From the NCBI GenBank assembly GCA_977016875.1, contig CDRNST010000067.1:1674001-1738000 (forward strand): 64,000 nt of DNA, written 5' to 3'. The stretch is from Pavona decussata. Lineage: Eukaryota. Position 1 is the stretch's first letter, and every line of letters starts with the position of its first letter. This document shows, piece by piece, positions 49,332 through 63,133 of the stretch. Position numbers and translations under genes: made by a program. Below the pieces are notes generated by a model. The model saw only the letters and a program-made list of their open reading frames with translations. It ran no database searches and was not told the origin of the DNA.

Positions 49332-49563
49332 AATGTAGCAATCCAGTTTTTAAATTTTATTCATCAGATCGGTGGGTGGCACACATTATACGGTCTAGTG
49401 TAACATAAAAACACTAATGCAGGAATCCAGCCTTTAAATTTCATTCATCAGACGGCGGGTGACACACCTTATACGATCTAGAGTAACATAAAAACACTAA
49501 TGCAGCAATCCAGCCTTCAAATTTGATTCATCAGAACGGCGGGTGACACACCTTATATGGTCT
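49332..49563. repeat. 83-84-bp minisatellite, right part (about 3 units)
   Basis: Same unit as 41325-41557, resuming in phase after the Academ right end. Confidence 0.9.
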
Positions 49564-50269
49564 GTTTTCTCTGGTGCAAAGGTTGTACTTAATGTTCAGG
49601 TTCTTTTAGCCTCATCGAAAAATCGCGAACCAATTAGAGTACCTGGTATTGCAGACTATACAACGTAGGTGAAGAGAGACAATAAGTCACAACAGGACTG
49701 CTACGGGATCTGATTATTTTGTCCACATAAGACTTCCTTAACCGGCTAAACTTTTTTCTTACAAATATAATAACACATAAAAGTAAATCTATCAGGGTTA
49801 TTAAACTAATAGAGAGGAACCGTTTACTATGGTAGGTTAGTAGATTATGAGAATTTTTCTGTCACATCACATCGGCACATTGTCTCTTCCAGCTGTTACT
49901 TTGTATTTCTGACAACTTTTACATGTACATTAAGTGGTCTGATACCTATACGTAGCATTAGTTAATGCTTCTATTGAATCTGGTAACGACTACATATAAA
50001 AAGTTGCTTTAAGGAGAGACAATGTTTTGAAAAATGTTTGACCGGTCTTCCGCGTAGTGGCACAAAGAATTTAATGCATATTCCAGTCACACAATTCTGT
50101 TATTGAGTTGACCAACACTTCAAACTATCTGACTGACTGAGATTAAAAAAGGAGTAAAATGTTACTCCATTTCATTATTACCATGACAGTAAGAGCATCT
50201 TTGTTCTAGACAGCCTGAGAAGGCCAGTTTTCAAAAACAATATTAATGATGAAATCATGTATATTATAT

Positions 50270-50352
50270 TAGCCAATGAACACAGATGAATTCCTGGCTG
50301 TTGTTTCTCTCCGCCGACAGCCGGAAATATGTCTGTGTCTATGTACAGGCTA
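50270..50352. mobile_element. Degraded AcademH-type MITE related to 2305-2383
   Basis: TAGCC..GGCTA termini and a similar internal hairpin (CAGATGAATTCCTGGCTG / CAGCCGGAAATATGTCTG). The TSD is not clean. Confidence 0.5.
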
Positions 50353-52129
50353 ATACACATGAAATAATTATATCTGGACTTCTGTTTTTTGAACCGCATA
50401 CTACTTGTTTAGTTCTTGGGAGCAGTTTTCGAAAGCAAAAATGGTGAAATGGTTTAAATGTTTTTAACTCAATAGGCGACCGTGTATCTGGAAAAGTTCT
50501 GTGTACTATGTAGTTATCGGAAATCGTGGTTACTTTCATGTCACACTAAGGAAGCTTGCATCACTTTTTTTGCAGGTGATTACCAGAGGTCCTGGCATGT
50601 TCAGCTATCAGCTCATGGTACCGAGTGGTGTCAGACTTTGGCTTTGAATTACTTATGCAAATTAACTGGCTGCACATTCAATGTACAGCCAAGTAATTTG
50701 CATAACAGTTTTTCGTGCCTTAAAGATCATGAGTCAATCAAGGTCACCTCTCTATATATTTTTTTGACCATATGAATAATTTTTCATTGACCCAAGTAGT
50801 AGGCCACCCATCTTTGAGTGGGCAGGTCCCAAAGCTATTTATCCATCTTTGAGTGGAAAGAATGGCATTGAGATCATTAACATGAGTAGGGGCACAAGTC
50901 TTATTTTATGAAAGACTTAGCCAAATTTACATGTCATTGAGTGGACAAAAAAGTTGCTTTTGTTAATGACATGAATTAATTTAGGGAAAAAGTCATTCCA
51001 AATTTGACCCATGCTTTGCATTAAACTCTTTCTTGGTACAGTATGACGCGGAAGGAAACCAGCAGGTGGAAAGAGTTCTTGTAAAGAAAATTCGGGGAAA
51101 TTTTAGCAAAGGGAAATGAGCCAAGGCAGAAATAAAAGGTATGTATACACTCTACCTGTAACTTCACTTGTTGATCAGGTTTAAGAAAGTTCAGGAGGAT
51201 CTCAGTTACACCTTGAACAGACATTGTAAATCCTGTATTTGCACTACAGTGATATCTTTTGCATACAAGTGCATCAGAAAAAGAGCATGTTCCACCCACC
51301 TGTCTTCTTTAATCCAAAACTACAGAAACAAAGAATAGGTAATAATCATTCCATTTTGTAAAAAAAATGTAAGTACACTTCCTAATTTCGTTTTTAAAAT
51401 AATTAAGCTTAATTGTTTAATTTACCGCGGCTTAAGAAAAAAGACAAACATCCTCTTTAAGAACACAGCATATAAAAGCCTGCAAACCTCTGCCTAGTGG
51501 AAGTGCTCGAAAAAAAGAAAGACACAATGGATACTTGATCAGTTGAAATTTTTAGATCCTTACCATTGCAGAGAAAAAAAACACATGCAATCTTGATGTA
51601 AGTTGCATTCAGTCTCTTAATTTAACTTTGAATGAAATGAAGTGAATAAAGCCTATTTAAAAGAGTGATTTTCATATCAACCATCCAGTTACATGTTGAT
51701 TTTTCTGCACTCCACGAATGCACTTGCTGTGGTATCAAAACAAGTGGATTAAGCAGTATAAAGAGTGAAGTTTATTGTTCACAACATGATAATGAGAAAG
51801 TGTGCCCTGGAGCAGAGCATGTACCTTATTGGTTAGCAAGTAGGTGACCCAAACAGAACTGTTGCAGATTTTCGAGAGTGACTACCGAGGGGTGAACATT
51901 CATTCACCAACAACCTGTTGCATTTTGGTGCAGAATGTGAAGTTGTAACAATCCACCACTAAGGAGACTATTGGAATAATACATCCTAAAGACCACAGGG
52001 AAAGAAGTCGACAATAGAGGATAACAATGCCAGGTTTCTCTTATCTACTATTCAAGAGAATACTCATATAGTGGTAAGCTACTTTAACCTATGTACCCAG
52101 TCATACAATGAAAAGGCATGAAAGCCAGT

Positions 52130-52550
52130 GCTTGGTGCAGTCATAATTGACTATGTATCTGGCTATGTATGCAAGGAAAGTGAACCCACTGGGGCAATTG
52201 CGCTTCTCTTTAAGGACATGGTCAATGATATTTATGCAACTGATGCAGACCAAGTGACCAGCAAGTCATTGTTTGGTAAACTGCTGATAAAGACTAGGAA
52301 GATGTGATACCCATAGAGCTGAAGCGTCATTTGAGCTGATGGACTACCACTGACGATGTAGCCACTCATTCACATATATATCTATGTCAGGCGCATGGCG
52401 ACTTGAATTGGATGGTGACACTGCAACTCCCATCACCCTTTGAGATAAGTACCTCTTTGCACGACCACTAGACAAACATTGTTCTTGGTATCATTTTGCA
52501 TCCAAAAATGGTAAGTATCCTGTCGTAAGTGCTGCTGCTACACACGAAAC
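52130..52550 (+). pseudogene. Helitron/Helentron Rep (HUH Y2) C-terminal fragment
   Basis: AVIIDYVSGYVCKESEP (YxxxY motif III), KSLFGKLLIKT.GR.D..RAEASFEL.GLPL.RCSHSF; frameshifted. Confidence 0.68.
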
Positions 52551-53307
52551 ATGGCTATTAAACGAGGTTACTGTAGAACAATAGTTGTGGTTACACTAGC
52601 CCTTTTACCCATGGGTACCAAGCATTTTCCCACAGGTAAGGATGTTTTTGTGTGTAACTGCTTTTTCCAGCCGAATCTGCCTTTGGTATTTTCCATTGAT
52701 ACATCAAAGAGAACAAAAGAACTTCCCATGACAGTTCCTGAACTCAAAAGTACAGTTTATCTGTTCCCTGAGGCGGCTTGGCCAATCATCATGCAGAACG
52801 TAGCTAACACAGGAAATCGCCTGCTATGCTCTGAGTTGACATCTGATACGCTTGGCTAATTTCGGGCGTACAAGTAGGACAAGGGCCACTAGTTATTCAG
52901 TTGAAGTACCATCACGTGTAACTATCTTTAAATAAAGTTGATTGATTGATTCATTAATTGACAAGGTGACATGGCAGGGTTTTTTGGCTTTTTCTTTTTA
53001 TTATACAATATGTTCCTTACATTTACAATACTTACAATACAATACCATATTAACATTTCAATAGAAGACTATGCTAGAAACTATTTAGTTAGATTAATTA
53101 CAATAAACTACTGGCCCCGGTTCTTCAAAGAGCAGATAAGTCTTATCCAGCGGATAAAATTTATTCACTTGCGTCATCTCGGTTGTTTGAAGCTTGAATA
53201 GCGCTATCCAACCACCATCCAGAGGATAAAGTTATCCACAAAAAGGTAGGTAGTATAACTTTCATCCACCGGATAAAACTGTAGCGGCGACAGCCAACAT
53301 AAACAAC

Positions 53308-54608
53308 ATGGCCGCCCGTAGTCATAATCTCATGTTTAGAAATTTAGACAACCCGAGGAAACCAAGAGTGTATCATCGACAAATCGACCCGTTAGACTGT
53401 TACTCAGAAAGTGAGATGAGGTCTCGGTATCGCTTTGGAAGAGAAGGCATCCAGTTTATCGTTGACTAGTTGACAGATGCGATTTCTCCCACGACGAGAA
53501 GAAGCCATTCGTTGTCGACGGAAGAACAAGTGCTTATCACTTTGAGAGTCCTTACAACGGGGAGTTTCCTTCAAGTGATTGGGGACACATTTGGGTCCTA
53601 CGATAAATCTACCGTAAGTTGAGTTGTTCGTCGAGTGACACAAGTTATCACAGCAAAAGTCTATGATTTTGTCAAGTTTCCAACAACCAGAGCCAAGCAA
53701 AACGAAGTGAAGCAAGGTCTTTATCGCGTCGAGGGATTTCCATGTGCAATCGGCTGTGTGGATGGAACACACGTGAAGTTGTCATCTCCATTATTACAGA
53801 ATGAGCCAGATAACATATGCAGAAAAGGTTTCCATTCAATAAATGTACAGGCTCTTTGTTATCAAGAAGGTAAATATACAACTTGCATTGATTTTCACTT
53901 CCGGCTCATTGTCAGGGGGGGGAGGGCGGATCTTTTTACAACAAATATTTCATGAATCTTTCGAGAGTGAGGTAAAAAAGCGAAAAATCAGCCCCATCAA
54001 CAACCCTAAGGATTAGTGGCTACAAAATATTTAAACCGTCACTTGCTCTATACATGTTATATCATGTTTATGTGCAAGGTTATCAAGTTAAATAAATTTG
54101 ATTTAAATTTCTGTTTTGCAGCTTTATTCACAAATGTTGTTGCCAAGTGGCCTGGCAATGCACACGACAGCCACGTTTTCACGACATCTGCCATCGGAAG
54201 GCACCTGGCAGAAACAGGCCATGGCCTGGAGGATGGAGTGCTTCTTGGTGAATGTCGCTATGCCTGCACTCCATACCTCCAGACCCCATATCCTCATCTT
54301 CAGACAAGGTCAGAGGAACGGTACAATGGAGCACACAAAACTACCCGCTGTATTATTGAGCGGTCTTTTGGTGTGCTGAAACGCAGGTTTCACATTGTGC
54401 ATTGTGAAATTCGCATGGCTCCAGATAGGGCAGTACCATGATTGTTGCATGCTTTGTGCTGCATAACATCGCCCTCAGTTTAAGGGAGCCAGAGGTGGAT
54501 GATCATTTTGATGTAGATGAGGATGAATTTGATGTTCATGATCAGTACAATGGTCCTACTAATGGCAATGCAGTAAGAAAGCATATAACCGATACCATCT
54601 TTACTTAA
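53308..54608 (+). pseudogene. HARBI1-like (DDE_Tnp_4) transposase, two exons, premature stops
   Basis: RYRFGRE, LSTEEQVLITLR..TGSFLQVIGD, GFPCAIGCVDGTHV, RKGFHSINVQ|intron|VVAKWPGNAHDS, LLGECRY and HKTTRCIIERSFGVLKRRF. Confidence 0.92.
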
Positions 54609-54982
54609 ATACTGTAGGCATATTAGGTAATGTTCATTATTTATGGGAGGGGGGGAAATGGGAGGGGGGACAAGCAAAGTTTTACACCACTACATAGGGA
54701 AGGAGGGGAACAGAAACGTTTTACTCTGGAAAGAGGAGAGGGGTAAAAAAAGTTTGATGGTCTTTGATGTTTTTATCCTTCATTCTTCAGAATGCAACAG
54801 ATTGCATTTCAGAGTAGTCAAATTTTCAAAATTTTCCAATGTGTGCATACCCCAGACCCCCGGGCTAGAACCCCTGTTTTGATCGTTGTTTTCTATTCTT
54901 TGTAGTGCAGAATGCACGTGATAGCATCAATCTCAGAGTTTCCAAATTTTCCAAATTTTCTGCTGGGGTGCATGCCCATGGA

Positions 54983-55164
54983 TAGCCTACATGATAGGCT
55001 CCAAAATGGGAGGGAAAGGGACAGGGAAAGAAGGAGTGCGAAAGGAAAGAACTAGCGCTAAACGCGAAGGATGCTGAGAGAACCGCATCCCGCACACAAT
55101 ATCGTGCCTCGCGTTCGTTCTTAATTCTCTTTCTCTCCCCTTTCAGAGCCTACCACATAGGCTA
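54983..55164. mobile_element. Non-autonomous AcademH-type MITE
   Basis: TAGCCTACATGATAGGCTC / GAGCCTACCACATAGGCTA termini with 9-bp flanks GCCCATGGA / GCCCGTGGA (1 mismatch). Confidence 0.82.
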
Positions 55165-57144
55165 GCCCGTGGACCCTGCTAGGAAAGTCTCTAAATGGAC
55201 GCTCTTGCATCTGTCTGCTCTATTAATTGAATTATTGCTATAAACCTATGTTTCTCAGATTCCTAGAACTGGCCCCTGTAAACAGTGCTATTGTACTGAA
55301 TCTGACGTGAACTGTTGAAGAGGGAATGTTGTTGTTAGGGATAGGCGAGTAAGCTGGTACAGAGTGAAAGATGCAGAATTCATTATTTTGTGGGAGGGGG
55401 GGGGGGAGTTTTACTTTTACGACGAGGGCCAGGCGAAAAAAGTTTTCCTTGATCCTTGAGCTGGGTCCAAAAAATTTTCAATGTTAAGTTTTACCATTTC
55501 CCCCCTCCCTCCCTTCCCATAAATAATGAACACTAACTTAGTTTATCTACAGTTCCTGGGGATGGGAGGTGGGGGGAGGGGTTCTGTTGAATATAAAAGG
55601 GACAGTTATGCTCATAGAAACACTAAATTAAGCCCCTGAAGGAGACCAATGTCATAAGCTTTATTTGACTCCTAAAAGATACTACTCATGCATGTTCTGT
55701 GGAACCAAAGGTACTGGATAGATATGGTTGTATTGTAGATTTTGGTATCACTTAGAGTGTCCAGGATGAACTATCAACATTGGACACCCGGGTATCACTT
55801 AGGGTTGCACCCTACCAGACCTGCCAACTATTGTAGCTCCCAAATGTACAAACCTTGTGATTGGTGTCCCAAACCTGGAGATTTAAAATGTTCTAAAATC
55901 AAAATAATAAAAACCGTGAGGGTAATGGCAGGTTTGTCCACAAAAAAATGTTGTCACTTTAACAGTTTTCGTGGTCTATTCCTATCACACACATCATTGA
56001 TTGCAGACTTCGACTGAGGACCCACTTGAATGCCTGATAAACACTAAAGGTCTTAAGGGAGATCGACGAAAACCATCTCTGCCCCTTTCATATCTGGGCC
56101 CCTCCTCTCTCCCTGGCCTGCAGTCCTGTCGGAGGCCTGGGTGAAGGATTCCTTATAAAATCAATTATTGAACTACTAACACCAGTTAATAAGAACATAA
56201 ATCCATGCTCACGGCTAAATATATAAGCAGAATAATTTTTTAAGTTTGGATTTGACTTAATATTTCTCAAATCCAATGTCCATTCTGGTCAGTTTATGAT
56301 AAAGCTATTACTTTTAGCTTCTTGGTGTACAGAGTAACAATTTCACATTGGAATCCTCCACCTGTAGGCACTGATCAGAATTAAACACATTCTGGGTAAA
56401 GCACCTAATATAAAAGTAATGTAAGCGCTAGCTTGCATGCTCATCAGATCAATATATTGGACAAAAATCCTAAGTACAAAGATCTTGTTTTGTAAGAGTG
56501 GCTCCTAACAGGGACCAAAACAAAACATACTGACATGTACTTTTTTGGTATTCTGGCTCAGCTATTTTAAGTCATTGCAATTGCTGTTTGAAGTGATTAA
56601 GAATTTGATGGTGGACAACTGGGTCAGTAATGCCACCTATCGGTAAACACCAAAACTGTCTTGTGCCACCTTACATTTACCTCTTATATTTGAGGATGAT
56701 GATCATTGGCACCCTCGTTACTTTTATGTACTGAGTCTTCCCCTCCCTCTAACCAACTTGTTAAAATGACCACAATATGTAAAATGACATTTTATTATCA
56801 TCTTCAAAATTAATCTAGCTGCAGTGGAAAATGTTACTTTGACCTTGAAATCCAAATAATCCTCAATAACCATATTTTAATTGAACACTGGATTTCGAGG
56901 TAGAAGTGTCACTTCATTACACATTTTTACTGCATTAAATGCATGAAGCCTTGCAGTCGAACCAGGTCAAGCGTACCCCCCTAGACTCTATTAATGGATC
57001 GATTATTTGAAAACTGAAGCCATTAGTCGTTTCAATATTGTTTTATTTTTAAAATGAGCAGATCAACATTCAAATCAAAACTCGGTTTCTGATTGGATTG
57101 TTCGAACAAAGGATGCTCCTAATATGGAAACTGTACTTTCAAAG

Positions 57145-60100
57145 ATGGCGTCGAACGTGGCGGGAAAGGTGAGTTTAATTTTCCCCTTCTAAATGCTATT
57201 TTCCACAACTTTTTTTAGACTTTTTATATCCCGTAGAACTTGGAAAAATTCTCATTCGCATACATGGCTAGGAAAGAAGCCTTTACCCAAAGTCCGTGCA
57301 CGTTTTGTTGTGAATTTTGCCGGACTACAGTATCGCGTGTATTAAATACAGGTCCTTGCACATTTTTTTTTTATTTTCAGGATTCCTCAGGACGAACAAT
57401 TTTGCTAGAATATCAAGGGATAAAAAAGGTGTATTGTATTGAAAGTGATGACAAATCAATCGATAAAGTTTTGTTGGTTGAGCGTGTATTCGAACCACGA
57501 TTGCAGACATTTTCCCACTCGTATGCTCCTGCTGTTGTGTCTCTGCAACGATATGACCCAGAATGAGAGGACTTTGTTGACATTGATATTACTCAAATTA
57601 GAAATCGAGATAAAATAAAAGTATTGATCGTTGACAGCCGCCGAACACCCTCTACAGATGATATCTCTACAGCTCATCGGGATGGGCAGGCGCATGATCA
57701 TGGTGTGGAACTATTGATCAGTAACCTGGAAGATGAGAGAAGCGCTCTTGATTATAAACTTAGTATTGCGCAGGCAACACTGGAATCCTTGAAAGTTGTC
57801 CCGAGAGAAAGATGTCATGCAGGGAGGAACTCAAATTTCACTTGCAGTAATTGTCATTATAAAGGTCATCGTGTTAATAACTGCAGGCAGCCTCTTTGTC
57901 GAGGCTACTTTGAATGTGGCCAACTGTCATTACACCGAGAACATAGACACCACATAAAACAGGCAAGTTGATATATATATCTGTCTGAATTTAAAAGAAC
58001 ATACCCTCAGAAATCTATGATTGTTGTTAACTTTTCTTAATATATAACTTGGTTTTTTTTTATTATTATTATTTTTTTATTTCCCACTAAATTTAGGGAT
58101 GTACGATACAAGTGTCACCAGCAGTCATTTTAAAGACAAAAGCTTTTCTTCTCCTTACCCCCCCCCCCCCTCCCCGAAACTACCCGATGTAGACTTATTT
58201 AATTGTTTTGCCCAGCTAGCCCCATTCTCTCTCAAACGTTTATACACGGCACAACGAACTCGCTTTGAATTCGGCGCACTCCTAGCTCAGAAGAAATTCA
58301 TTAGCCCTAGCGTTTTGTTTGGCTTCCTTAAGCAAAGTTTTCCTGAGGACATCATTAAGTCTAATGAGGGAAAAAGTCTTCCGAGTGCAGTTGCTGCCTG
58401 GTCTAATATGCTTGCTACCAGTAGTCCTGTTTTTCAGCTAAACGGGTAAACTTTAGTTACTCGGGCGTGGACGAAGGCTGGCATATTTTGGGCTTTGCTT
58501 GAGGAGGTGACAGTCTTTGGCTTTAAAAAGTAGCTCTTAGGGATGATTTCTAGTCGGGCAAGATGAAATTGTCGGGAATTTTTAACCTGGCCAAAGACTT
58601 TATTTTCTTGTTGAAAACCGCCATATGTGTTCCCCGTTCCAATCTTTTTGCCAACATCTGGGACTTCAAGTTATATCACTAAACACGAACAAGAAATGGC
58701 AAGGATTTTCTCTTCAAAAAGCGTGAGTTTGAAAAGCTATTCGATTATTTTTCGCCGTTATAACTGTAGCGTTGTTAGGCTAGTGATCAATTAGTCGAGA
58801 GGTGCGGTTTGGGGTCGGATTTCCGGACTCAATGTCATAAATAATTTCCAGATGTTGTTTGGCGTGATTCGTTTCGATTTGTAAGTATAGAAGAGATTTG
58901 GAAATTCAATTTAGAACGCTGTCTTGCCCGATTAAGCCGATTCTGTTGTAGAAAGCTAGACTGGACCGCTAAAAGACCGGGTTTTGGGTGAGATTTAAGA
59001 TGCGTTGGCGCCGTTAATAATTGCGAAATGTCGCACTTGTTTTGTCAACACATAAGCCATGTTTCATGTCAGTTCAAATGTCAGTGCTAGTGTCATGTCT
59101 AATTTCAAAGACAAACCTTCTATACCAGGTCTGTAGTATTCTTTGACCTTGCTTTCTTGTGATGAGTCCTAATTAAAGTCATGTTCTGGACTAGCATATT
59201 CCATCAGCCTAGAAAGTCTCAAAACGTGGTTAATTTCTGAGGGCATGTTCTTAAAAATCCAGAGAGATATATATATATATATTATTCAACTTTTTTTGGT
59301 TTTTATTAAAGGAAAGATAGTAAGAAATCTAAGGAAGGAGAGACATGTTTATTTGTGGAATTTTGTCTAGCTCTAAAAAGTGAAATTTATCATGTCTACA
59401 ACATAAATTTACTCCAAGTAGTCTTTCCTTGCCTTGGTTCGGAAGCGAGGCTGGGGGTGACCTTGTTTTGATACAAACCTCACTGCTTTTCAATTGTAGA
59501 TCATACACATGAAAAGAAGTGAGGTTTGTATCAAAACAGGTCACCCCCAGCCTCGCTTCCAAATCAAGGCCACGTCACTAAGCACACAACTGTAAAATGC
59601 CTATTGGTTAAATGCTCGGTGAAATGTTTTCATATAGATAGACGTGCATCTACAACTGACAACTGTTAAAGTTTGCTTGGTTGTGATATTCCCCCTCACT
59701 GGATAGGTGAATAAATTGTTTTGTTTGTTTTGATAGTTTGTTCCTAAGACTTTAGTTAGTTAGTGTCTGTCCTGTTATTGAAAGCAAATGACTTCATGGC
59801 AATATGGCTTTTTACGGGTTTTTTTGCAGTTGCTGGTACAGTGGACTTGTATGACTTTTGCAAATCCTCCAAACCTAGATGAATTTTTATCATCTGTTTA
59901 TTGTTTAATCCAGGCTGAAGCTGAAGTTAAGGAAGTCCATAAGCAACTAAAAAGAAATATGGATGAAATGGAGAACTACGAATTGCTTAAGTATGTATTC
60001 ATACACCGTAATATTAAACTGCCAGAGTTTAGAAAATCGTCAAACTGTTTTTAATATTTGTCAAATGTGTTATAACACCATATTTTAAGGACGAATGTCT

Positions 60101-61278
60101 GACTCCATAGAACATTTATTCATGAATTTGTTTGATTAGCTTGTTTCGATACAATGTGATTCATTGAAAAATCTTATTGATCACAAATAAATGGGTGGAG
60201 CGGATAGGAGAGGCTGGAGAAAAGTCAGGAAGTTTTAAAACCTAATGTCTGTGACAATCATTTGTACGTACATTTATTGATAACATTTGGATTCTTTTCC
60301 TTTGTTTTCAGGGAAAGAACAAGGACTAATTTTTTTGCCCAGACTAGGAAAAAATTGCAGTACAGTAATCCCATCAAGTATTCTAACAGAACAGCACTAG
60401 ACAATGATTTACGAATTTTAGCTACTGCATGTAATCACAGGGTTCCATCAGACACAGCAGATTTCGAGCAAATAATAGAAAGCTACCGAAATAAGGCAGA
60501 GAGCATGAAGTCTGTGCAAAATAACTCCAATGATCACCTTGTGTACCAGAAACAGAACATGAGCTATTGTAAATCACCAATAACAATCCACAACCAATGG
60601 GCACCATTTACCATCCCTCATTCACCCCCATACTATGGACCTGAAAGTCCTCTACCATACATGTACCACAGAACCCCAAGCCCACGTCCCCAAAGTCGGC
60701 CAACATACATGCAACCTACAGCTTCAAGTGTAGGTCTGCAAAGCCCAGCGTGGCACTCTCCCACTTCTGATTGGCAAAGAAAAATTCCAGTTAGAAATAG
60801 ATCTCGACACTATTACTCTTCATCCACTGGTAGGTATCATGAGAAATCAAAGATTACAGGGAGAGGTAACTATACACCTTCCAACCAGCCTTACAGTAGT
60901 AAGAACATATTTAATAAAACAAACCAACATGACCATGACCGGCTTTCCAGGAAGAGACTTAAGTATGACAACCAGGCGTCATGCAAGGATCATGGCAAAA
61001 AATTCAGGCAATCTCTCATTGAAAGTAAAGCAGTTCCCCTGGTTGGACCAGATGATGAAACACAAGATGATTCTCTAACAGAAACCCCTGCTCCTAAAAC
61101 AAGTAGTGTAGGAGCAGTAGCAAGTTTGGCAAGTGTGATGGATGACAAAGATGAATCACAATCCCTCAGTGAGGAATCACAGTCTTTCAATTATGATTCT
61201 TGGGTGAAACAGCAACTGGTTATAACAAAGGAAATTGCTTCAAATAAAACTGTTGACAGTGATCTAGGTAGCCCATGA
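57145..61278 (+). pseudogene. Four-exon gene: N-terminal domain, CCHC zinc knuckle + Cys/His cluster, coiled coil, low-complexity tail; probable ORF2 of the adjacent transposon
   Basis: Exons 57145-57168, 57381-57962 (GC donor), 59914-59991 and 60312-61278. Motif CSNCHYKGHRVNNC..PLCRGYFECGQLSLHREH. One in-frame TGA lies at 57564, in LQRYDPE*EDFVD, probably a former Trp codon. Confidence 0.7.
59430..59605. mobile_element. Hairpin MITE remnant in an intron
   Basis: GGAAGCGAGGCTGGGGGTGACC-TGTTTTGATACAAACCTCACT is inverted ~35 bp downstream as AGTGAGGTTTGTATCAAAACAGGTCACCCCCAGCCTCGCTTCC. Confidence 0.75.
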
Positions 61279-63133
61279 ATGTCAATAGTGTTAATGTATG
61301 TGTTAATGGCATACAAGACAATGTTTTATTATGTGGAAATTTAGCTCAAGTTTGAGTGGCTGACTCTTTAAGCCCAATGCTGACAACAAGTATATTCCCC
61401 ACACTATCTCCTTACATTTGTGATGGTACTAATAATTAGCACTATTTAAATTATTTGTGTTAAACAGTTGATCTGTGATGATCATTTACTTTGTCCCCAT
61501 GACCTTAATGTTTGATTGAGATTCAATGTAAGGAGAAATAAGATGCTGGTCAATGTTAGGGCTTAAAGGGTAAGGGAAAAATACTACAACAAAAAAGACA
61601 AAAAATGTCAAACACTAGCTTAACATGAGAAATGGCATTTTTTTGTCATCAGTTTTAGAATAACAGGAATTTGAATAAGTGCTTTGTTCGCAAGAGCCAA
61701 AAGCAATTACTTCAGGTCACACAAAATCAGAAATTTTTCTCTAAATGTATCTTTTGACTGCCTAAAGGGCAGAAGAGCTGACAGTGTTACCTTACAAGTC
61801 ATGAAATAGGGAAAGGCAAATATGGTAGATCAGGGTAGATCCTCTCCTCTGATCATGTTGGGTTGATTCAGCAAGTTGTGTTAAAAAACGTCACAAAGAA
61901 CTTGGTTGTAATGATTTTTATTGGAAAAAGTTGTATCCACTAAAAGTATATGCATGTCATTTCAGCCAAAACTGGACATTCACACCATAATACAAACTAT
62001 CAATTGATGTTCCCTTTTAGTTTCCATGTTAAAATTCACTGAATGGCCAAACTTAATTAACTCATAGTGACACATTGGCCTAACTATACTGTACCTTGTA
62101 ATTAGAGTGAAATTAAGTTCCTTTTGTAAGTTAACTCTGAGAAAATGAGTAAAATAAACTATTATTGTTGATCTCCAGTGACAGTGAGAAACAACTATTC
62201 ACCAAGATTCTCTGCAACATGAAACAGGTTTAACTCACAAAGGCATATCTGCCTACCGGTATTTACCTATTATAATTTATGATTTTTCGTGATATATAGT
62301 CTGAGTGTCAGGCCTTGCTAATGGTAAGTGATGATTTATCTTTCGAGTTCTTTCTCCCTTCCAGACCTCACTAAAGAAAAGCCTCATACTTCCATAACTG
62401 TGTACACAGGCGAACCAGTAACCTTTGACAGGGGTTTTCTGAACATTTTAACAGTTTTGTGCAAAATCACCCATTAATACCAAACATGTGACTCAGGCTG
62501 AAGTAGTTCAAATGTAAGCAACTAAAATAATAATGCTACCACAAGCAATCACCAGTAGGTTTGATTTTCAATGCCAGGTCTGCAACTATGAGCATCCTAA
62601 CTGGATTCACAATAATTACTGTGAATTAAGTTTTGAACCCACTTCCATTAGTTCTGGTAGGTCATTGAAATTGATGGGAAAGCTGATTGCTCTGACAACC
62701 CGGAAAAACGTTTGCCAAATACCAACAGATCAGGTAAGAAATAGCGAGCGAGTTGTAATTTAAGAAGAGTTGATAACATATTTTGCATTGTTACTAGGTA
62801 ATAATCAGCTGTTGATGACGACCTTATAACAATGAAAAAGATTGTCGCAGAGGATCATTAAGTGGGTCATCTCGGGTTTTGGTCTGTGTAATACACCTTG
62901 ACACTGTTTACAGTGAGTAACATCTAGTTTCAGAAGTTTGCTATGCACCAGTATGTTCTCGTGAATGGCTTGATATCATTTGAAAGAACCATAAAACAAA
63001 CAACAGAACCAATGTCCCTAGCCCCCAAACAATAACAGCTTCTACACTAGAACAAAAATAAATTACAAGTTAACAAAAGCTACTCTTCCACCAACATCAG
63101 GTGTGTACTACTGACAAAAATCTATTTTGACAT

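Larger units (their letters stand above)
53113..55275 (+). mobile_element. PIF/Harbinger transposon
   Basis: Left end (CT)GGCCCCGGTTCTTCAAAG with TATCC/GGATA subterminal repeats, a candidate right end GAACTGGCCC-CTG, and a HARBI1-like transposase inside. The right boundary is less certain. Confidence 0.72.

Noticed and set aside
53308-54608. Domesticated host HARBI1 gene
   Set aside because: It has in-frame stops, an altered catalytic motif (GECRY) and flanking TIR-like ends.
59155-59185. TGATGAGTCCTAATT as a minimal hammerhead
   Set aside because: It lacks the complementary GGAC-GAAA half.
57145-61278. Fanzor/TnpB RNA-guided nuclease beside an IS630-like transposase
   Set aside because: No recognisable RuvC I/II/III motifs or terminal CxxC..CxxC-RuvC arrangement. 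The Cys cluster is a CCHC knuckle.
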